A stretch of 64,000 bases of DNA, taken from the NCBI GenBank assembly GCA_904063045.1, contig CAJFCJ010000013.1:1532156-1596155 (forward strand). The letters are read 5' to 3'. The DNA is from Dimorphilus gyrociliatus (taxonomy: Eukaryota; Animalia; Annelida). Every line of letters begins with the position of its first letter. Within the stretch, counting starts at the first letter, position 1. Positions 55,734 through 64,000 of the stretch are shown piece by piece. Position numbers and translations under genes: made by a program. A model generated the notes under the pieces. The model was not told where the DNA came from. It saw nothing but the letters and a program-made list of their open reading frames with translations, and made no database searches.

Positions 55734-58044
55734 TCCGTATTCTGGCAGTTTAATATCCCTGCAGGAGTAATAGAGAAACATACCTAATTACAGTTCAGTA
55801 TATTAAGAAGTAAAAACAAAGAAAAAAAATAGAAAAAGAAACTGGCAGGGGATATGTTTATAACAAAAAGAAAAAGTGTAGTTTTTTAATCGTTTCATTT
55901 ATAAATAATATAATAAATTAATTATTTATAACTGATAAGGTTTATTTTACTTTATAGGCTTAATTATTATGTTGATACGATTACGCCTAAAAGTAATATG
56001 GCTAACGATGTTAAAGGGATAAAAAGTGTACAAAAAAAGGAGAGGATAAGACTAAAAGGAATATAAGAGGAAGGAAAGATAGGTAAGGAAAAATCAAGGA
56101 GAGAGTTCATTATAATGAAATCATAATATATTGAAGAAATGTTTTAAAAATTAGGAAAAGGACTTTGTTTACTGTTACAATTTATATTATATTATTTCTT
56201 TGTATGAAGCATCTAATGAGCACTTTTAGAGTTTTACAGACGAATACAAAGATGCAGTTTTTAGTAGAGTAATTAATTAATAGCTCGTCATAAAGTATCT
56301 CATTCATATCGGTAAAAGACGACTGAAAACTTCTTTAAAGGATATAAATACGACAAGGATAAACTGATGAAAATTGTCTAATAAGAGAGGTTATAAGCAT
56401 ATTATTATACTATATATGTATATAAATCTATATATATACTTATTGCAATTATATATGCAATATACACAGTCTTGTGTAAAGTGTTTATAAAATAAATTAG
56501 TATTAAACAAAATAGAAAGAAAATCTAAAATATATCTAACATTTTACAACAGGGAATATTAACATTATCAACATGGTATGTAATTTATTGTCTTTATTAA
56601 ATAATTAATTCAATTATTTATTAATAGAATAAGTAACGTAGTAGAATAAACTAAGTAAAAAAAAATGGCTCTCTTTTTTACCTATTAAATCCAAAAATAC
56701 AAAAAGAATCTTTAAATAATTCAAGAGAATGTCTTGGAGATGAATAACAAAACTGTTTTAAATCAAATAAATCAATACAGTTTTTTTGATTTAACTATAA
56801 TTAAGAAAAACGAAATATTTAAGCTATAAAAAAAAAGAATATAAAAAAAAGGATTTTTGTTCTATTCTTTTTTTCGTTTTGACGAAGTAATATTATTTAT
56901 AGCACTAAAATATATATATATATATATATATATATACTGTATATTTAAGAAATAGAATCGATTTATCTAAAGATAAAGATTTAATTTATTATTCTTTTAA
57001 GAGTGAAAGACTTTTAAGCGTTCTAGAAAAGAGATGGAAAGAGTGATTGTTTTTTCTTATTATTCCTTATAAGATACATAATTAGTTTTTTTTATCTTAA
57101 TAGAATAACATTATTTATATTAATGTTAATTAAATATTGCAAGAAAAGTATATATTCTAAATAGATTTTAACTCATCTATCAAATTTTAAGCTCAACTGA
57201 AGCTTTAGAAAAATGCTTAAAACTTTCTTAGTCTGGTCTCGGTTGGTGTATAGTTTACCTATATATAGAAAAGGAATGTTAAATTGAACTTACTTATCGA
57301 TTCTTTGCAGAGAAAATTTCTTTATCTAGCAGTAGTAAGGAAGTAATTTTTTAGGATTAAACCAGCGTTTTTATATTTAAAACTTTTGTAATTTATCAAT
57401 CAACAACAAAGCCAATTTGAGCGATAATTTATTTAAATGATAATATAATTTAAAAATTTCCCAATCACTTAAGAAAGTTGTAGTAAACAAACCTAAAAAT
57501 ACAACTCAATAAAATAGTGGTACCGCAAAAAAAATACATTTAACGAAAGTATGCGAAATGGCGACGGGAAACCAGTTTAGCGTTTAACCTGTCGTCTGCA
57601 ATATTAGTATAAAACACATGCGTAGTATGAGCGCTGTCAGGCAGTTAACTCGCTAAGATCAAGCAACACTCCGAAGGGTCTAGTAACTTTTAAACATCTA
57701 CTCCGAAATTGGTTAGTTTTGTTGGCGAAAAATAACGATACAGGGTAAATATGCGTCTGAAGGAAATTCCTAGCAGACAATCTAATTAATTTTCATAAGG
57801 TCACGTGACGGCTTTGTGTATTCGGCGCATGTGAGGCGATTTTTCATATTTCGCTTTCAGACGTCGAATTCGGTAGATCTTTTTACTTTTTAAACATTTT
57901 TTTATTTTAAGTAATAGATATGAATGTGATATATATTATAACTGATAATTAATTTGAACAACTCTTTCAGGCCGACGCTGGAGCGAGAATTTAGGAAAAT
58001 TATTTTGCTATGAGATAGTGTTATTTATTTTATGGCCTTAAATT

Positions 58045-58712
58045 ATGGCACTAGTCGGAGCGAGGCAGAATTACCATGATCACGGATCTCAACCTATTCT
58101 AGCCGCCAATCTCCCTTACTACCAAGGTACAGTTCTTTCCCAGCAAGATGTACCACCCGACAGACCGATTGGCTATGGAGCTTTTGGAGTGGTATGGTTA
58201 GTATTTAATTTCTTTTCTAAAATAATTGCATATATATGTATATAAATCTCTACGTATATTAACATCTATATACAAAAAGTCAATTTTTTTTTATCTATCT
58301 CAACTTCCTCTTTGTTATTACTCTTAATCATTTGCTCGTATATTCTCTTCTTTTTTTTTTTAAGTGAGTAATTCACAAAAATTACTAATATTATATAGAC
58401 AATATAAAATCACGAAATAGAGATAAAATATTAAGATACGTACTTGAAAATGAAAGGAAGAAAGAAAGCACAATATACACTGTATATATTTATTGTATTG
58501 CGCGTTGCATACCGAAATACACACATATATACACATTTTTTTTTCTTACATGAATTTAGTATATATAAAATATAATATGATAATAAAACTAATAACGAAT
58601 ATGTATAAATTAAATATTTATTCTTTACGAATCGTTATACATTAACAGAGTTCTTTTATTTTCTTTTTCTATCATTGAAAAACAATGCTTCTACTGCAGC
58701 CTATATTGTACT

Positions 58713-58746
<34 letters not shown>

Positions 58747-59120
58747 TTATATATTCTCTAAAGGGTTTATATTAAAATATGTATTAAAAAATATAGTAAA
58801 GAGGATTACTAAAGAAAGAAAAGAGTAATTTTTATATGAGTTAATACGTGTTTTTGGGTAGTTTGTGGTTTTTTTTTCTCTCTTACAAATTCTATATAAT
58901 TGTTAATATGATTCAACCGCTTTTGAAGGCTTTTTATTGTTGATGAGACAAAAGTACTGAGACAATAGGTAATGCTTTATCTTGACTCTCTCTCACTCTT
59001 TCTCTCCCTTCATTTTAGTTGTTTTTTTTATCATTCAGATTTGATAATAATAAAAACAGACAGGTAGGCGTGTGCAAAGCCGAGTAAATTATATGCAATA
59101 AGTAGACGAGAAAAGTGGAA

Positions 59121-59166
<46 letters not shown>

Positions 59167-62100
59167 TAGATAGATAGACGAAAACCGAGGGGAAGTTAGG
59201 TGAGAAAAGATGACTTGATAAATATAAGAAGGATAAAATATAATTAGCCACTATATTTTACATATTGGTAATTTTTATTACGTTAATTAATAAATCTAAT
59301 TCAAGACAATAAAAAATATATTTCCTTTTTAAAAAACAGAAAAGGGGTAGTTCTCCTTTTTTATTGTTAAAAAAAGGATTTTAGATTTATTATTATTTCA
59401 ATGATTAAACGATTTATTCAAGAAAGTCACGATTTTCCTGATTGTTGAAAAAAAGAAAATATATTTTTGGTGAAAAAAGAAAACGAGTTCTCATCTTATA
59501 TAATTTTCTCTCTTTCTCTCTCTCTCCTTTTTATTCACTTTATCGGTCTTTCTTTATGCGATAATTGAAATACTATTATTATTTTTCTATCTTTATTGGC
59601 GGTTATACTAAAAGCCTTCGTGACTGTATTCGGTATACACTCTACACTAGACTTACTTATACATCAAGTGTATACAGTACACATGAATTTATGTTCATCG
59701 CTCTACGGAAAATCTCTTAATTAAGATTAATAGACCCATATCTAAATTGAAAGTACCATTCTCACGCTCTATTAAATTGTTTTATTTTTTTTATTTTTAA
59801 TTCCATTCCTTTACTCCCGCCCCCCTCCTCTTATCCTTTTTACCTCCCTCTATTACTACTCTTACCACCCATTTAGATTGAAATATATCTACCTGTATAA
59901 TATATTAAAAAAACAAAAAGGATATTTTATCTGTTTTAAATTATCTTCTTTCTATTTTACTATTATTATTATTTTTAAACAAATTTTTTAATTTTTACAC
60001 AAATCATTCGCAATATTAAAATATTTGTACATTTTGAAATTGAATATGATATACAATCTTTAGTATACAATATACGTAGTATACTCGTATAGAAAAAGGT
60101 TTAAAATATATGGTTGACATTCTCTTCCGTTAACGATATTTGACACAGCAAAATGCTTAAGCAGTCGTATAATATTTGCAATTCTACACTATTTCTTTAT
60201 TTTATTTTTTTTTCTTTTTACCCTTAAAGGGCGGTTACGGACCCAAGGAATGGAAAACGGGTTGCTTTAAAGAAAATGCCGAATGTCTTTCAAAGTCTGA
60301 TATCGGCGAAGAGAGTGTACAGAGAGCTGAAGATACTGTGTCATTGCAAACATGATAACGTATGTTTTCATCATTATAGCATATATACTGTATAGATATG
60401 TTTCTTTTTTTTCTCTCTATTAAAAGATTCCTTTTTATTTTTTTTTTAAACAGCTTTTGTCAGCTTTAGATATACTTCATCCTCACAGTCAATTCTTTTC
60501 GGAAATGTACGTCATTACAGTTTATTTTTATCTTATAGATTCCGTTTTCTTTTTATCTCGTGTTCATCCTCTCTCTCTCTATCTATCTATCTATCTCTGT
60601 ATCTATCTGTTTCTCTCAAATGAGAACGAATGGAAGAGAAAGAGGATACAACGACTATCTTGAGATTTTTCACTTATTCTTACTTGTTTACCATTGCGTA
60701 TAGGTAGAGAAAAAACTCTTAGAACAAAACATGGATACCTAGTACAAGTAATTTCCTTTATTTCGAAATAATGTTTACGTAAAAAAGAATTTTTTATATA
60801 CCAAACTCAAAGGGTTTACTTTAGACTTATTAGCTGAGAGACCAAGTTAATAAAACAACTTTTATTAAGTGTATTTTTGTTATCGCACTAATTAAGTCTA
60901 TGGCCACACCTATTTTACTAAAATGCAAGATATAGAAAAAGAGTAGCGAAATGATTCTTTCAACTAGATAAACAAACAAAAATACAGAAAATTGACCGCT
61001 TGAAAGGAAACGCCAATGATAATGATACTAATAAGAAATAATAACAAAAAATCTGAAAAGGAGTAGCCTTTTTTATTGTTATTAAAGAAATAGTAAAGTA
61101 TCACCTGTATCACTCTTTTTTATTTAAATAAATAAAGGAGGAGAAGGGTAAAGGAGGAAGGTGGGGGGGGGGGGAATTTGAGTGAATGGGACGAAGATAT
61201 AAAAGATACAAGTTGTATTCAGTGAAAATGCGTATAACACTGAAATCTATACCTCTTTCCCTTTCTTGCTAATAGCTTGAGGCCATTACCGAACTTGGTT
61301 TCTCTCTTAATAATAAAAGCTGAGCTGAATTTGGCACGCCCTTACCGGCATCTGTTATTAATTAGGTATATGGTTAGACTTAATGATTGTAAACTAGGTA
61401 GGGTATGCAAAAGAAGAAAGACTGTAAGAACGTACGGTATTCATATACCTATCAATTTCTCTTATTTAATTCTAACTTTATATTTGTAAATATAAGACTT
61501 CTTATTATCGTAGCGAAATAGGAGAAATAAGAAAAGGAAAAAAACGATATATCGAATTTACCTTAATATATGAATATATATATAAATTTATGTATACCGT
61601 TTATAGTGATGACTCATTTTAATTAACACTATTGTTTTTCTCTTAATTTACAGTTATGTTGTATCGGAACTTATGCAAAGTGACTTACACAAGATCATTG
61701 TCTCGCCACAACCGCTTAGCATCGACCACATTAAAGTATTCCTGTATCAAATTTTTCGTGGTATCAAATATCTTCATTCGGCTAAGATTATCCACCGAGA
61801 TATTAAACCGGGCAACCTTCTAGTCAATAGTGATTGTTGCCTAAAGATTTGCGATTTTGGTCTAGCTCGTGTTGAAGAACCTGATACTTCTCGACAAATG
61901 ACTCAGGAGGTGGTTACACAGTATTACCGGGCACCCGAGCTATTGATGGGAGCTCGTCACTATTCGTCTGCTATAGATATGTGGAGCATTGGTTGTATAT
62001 TTGCAGAGTTGCTATCGAGAAGAATCTTGTTTCAAGCTGCTTCACCAATTCAGCAATTGGATCTCATCATGAACTTACTTGGTACTCCCGGACCGGAAGA

Positions 62101-62737
62101 TATGCAAACAGCTTGTTCAGCTGCTAAATCACATATCCTTAAGCGTCCTACGAAATTGATGAATCTGACACCGTTATATAATTTAAGCTCGCATACTTCA
62201 CATGAAGCCGTTCATCTCCTTAGTAGAATGCTCGTCTTTCGACCTGACAAAAGAATAGACGCCGACGAGGGTTTAAGTCATCCCTATATTGAAGAGGGTC
62301 GCTTACGCTATCATTCTTGCATGTGTAAATGCTGCGGTACAGCTCCTAATGGTGCCCGCCAATACGCTTTGGAGTTGGAGCCTGGTTGCATCGAACCTTT
62401 TACGACAGATATGGAACGAGGTTTGACTACTGTACAAAATGTAAGGTCAAAGTTAAATCGGTTTATTGCCGAACATCAAAAGTCTTCTACCCGCGTTCCA
62501 TTATGCATTAATCCTAATTCCGCTGCGTTCAAAAGTTTTTCCAGGTAAGTGTGCTTTCAAAGAGAGAAAGAAAAGAAATTAAATAAATTTTATCTATTAA
62601 ATTCTTTTCTTCTCTTTATCTGTATGACAAGCGTAAGGGAAAACGATATTAAATATTAATTTTGTATATTTTTTTTTAGTTCTCAAACAGCTCATGCAAG
62701 CGAGTTGCCGCCTTCTCCACATGTCTGGGAATCTTAA
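58045..62737 (+). CDS. NLK: Nemo-like kinase
   Basis: Motifs DRPIGYGAFGVVW, VALKKMPNVFQ, activation loop MTQEVVTQYYRAPE (TQE signature) and terminal ELPPSPHVWES*. Five exons beginning at 58045, 60230, ~60455, ~61655 and ~62680. Confidence 0.97.
59123..59178. repeat. Compound (GA)n(GATA)n microsatellite in NLK intron 1
   Basis: Directly visible. Confidence 0.95.
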
Positions 62738-63143
62738 CGATTTTCCACACGCATTCTTCATATGGATGTCTCTTATTTTTACATACCCGATCTACTTTCA
62801 AAATCAGCAAAACATAAACACTACCCTAAATGTTGTAAACGTAGTTGTTGTTTAGAGTTATTGTCGGGTTTTGTTTCTATTGCACCTTGGTCTGATCTGA
62901 AGATTCTATCCATTTTATTTGATATTTACTGCTGCCGTATTTAGAACGGTTAATGAGGTGTTTTGTTTTAAAAGATTTTTTTCTATACCGTGCAATACGT
63001 TCGATATTTTTTGTATGTCGTTCAGTAGTGTTCATGCTTAAATTCACATAATTTTTTTTCTTAAAAAATTAAATCCAAACTATTACAAATAAAAATTTTA
63101 AAGTCAAATGATAATGAAAATTTTATTCGGTGAAAAAAACAAC

Positions 63144-63537
63144 TTAATCGAATAGACCGAATCCCATATCATCATCAGATTCATCATTCTCTTCCTCCTC
63201 TTTTTTAGCTGGGGCTGAAGAGCTTGCTTGTTCTGAAGAGGTGGCGGCTGCTGGTGCTGCTGCTGCTCCTCCGGTTGGTACGGTAGTTAGTTTTTCCAAG
63301 CCTGGATTTAGTAATTGTATACATTTAAAAAATCTATTTGATTGGATTATAGTTTCAAATTATTATACCTTCTTCGACGACTTCAGCAATATTTTTACCG
63401 TCCATGGCTTTAAGGACACTATCGATCTTGTCAGCTTCGATATCTACACCAGCTGAGTCCAAGATAGCCTTTATGCTCTTAGCAGAGGGGGTTTTAGCTG
63501 ACAAAGCAGCGAGCATATAGGCGGCCACGTAACGCAT
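63144..63537 (-). CDS. RPLP2: 60S acidic ribosomal protein P2 (108 aa)
   Basis: Exons 63537-63369 and 63301-63144. It runs MRYVAAY ... ESDDDMGFGLFD*, with AATAAA on the minus strand at 63122-63127. Confidence 0.98.
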
Positions 63538-63809
63538 CTGAAAAAAATTAATGTTTAAATCTGGAGAGAAATTTTCTGCTATAATGTGAAAGTTACTCTA
63601 TTAAACGATGACTAGATCATTTATTTGTTATTAGATTTTACTATTGGCCACGTGCTAACAAAAAAGTCAACTTTTATCATAGTTTTAAAATATTTCTCAA
63701 AAAATCGGCCAGTATTTTCCTGTCTATGACTTCAACTATAAGAAGACGCCTAGCCTACATTCGTAAACCTACGTTTAAGTCCAAATTTGACCCGAAACGA
63801 TGTGCACAC

Positions 63810-63844
63810 CTCGGTAAGTTACAACTTTCCAAAGTAAAAGGAAG
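63810..63844 (-). promoter_or_regulatory. Putative RPLP2 non-coding exon 1 with TCT/5'TOP start
   Basis: A CTTCCTTTT pyrimidine tract typical of ribosomal protein TSSs, a donor GAG|GTGTGC at 63809, and an acceptor cag immediately before the ATG at 63537. Confidence 0.6.
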
Positions 63845-64000
63845 CGGAAATACGTTTTTTTAGAAACATTCGTAAAAAATAATTTTTTACAAAATTAATA
63901 ATTAATAACAAAATAAAACTTAATAATAAAAAATATTAATTTTACTAAAATAAAAATTATCATCCGGGGAATTCGTATTTCTTACTTTCTCGTCCGCCAT

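Noticed and set aside
61330-61351. TTTGGCAC miR-96/263-like seed in an NLK intron
   Set aside because: There is no complementary arm and no similarity beyond the seed.
63609-63618. TGACTAGATC, the 5' end of miR-279
   Set aside because: Only 10 nt match, there is no supporting hairpin on that strand, and it lies antisense in an RPLP2 intron.

Overview
This is AT-rich, gene-dense eukaryotic (metazoan) DNA with mostly 50-90 nt introns. A near-perfect miR-278 hairpin and the gene content indicate an invertebrate bilaterian. The compaction would fit a miniaturised spiralian genome such as the annelid Dimorphilus, but that is inference only. The ORF track ignores introns and uses TTG/GTG starts, so I rebuilt genes by hand from splice sites and protein similarity. 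Gene order: PIGL (5'-truncated, +); 706-aa disordered orphan (+); ~5,200-aa polycystin-1-like receptor (-); TPCN1 (-) head-to-head with IQCD/DRC10 (+); catalytically dead chitin-deacetylase-like membrane protein (+); CLUH (-) head-to-head with BET1L (+); KAT5/Tip60 (-) head-to-head with NDUFS8 (+); PNPLA2/ATGL (-) head-to-head with an orphan duplicated-domain locus (+); Shaw-like K+ channel (-); miR-278 plus a candidate second miRNA (+); carboxypeptidase M-like (-); NLK (+); RPLP2 (-). I saw no CRISPR, rRNA, tRNA or recognisable transposase. The most interesting items are (1) the polycystin with 8 LamG-like repeats and a CASPR/neurexin-IV-like module, (2) the orphan locus whose two ORFs are diverged copies of one domain joinable by an in-phase intron, (3) a candidate miR-277-seed miRNA clustered with miR-278, and (4) the TPCN1-IQCD divergent pair, which matches the human arrangement as I recall it. 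Protein identifications come from motif recall, not database searches.
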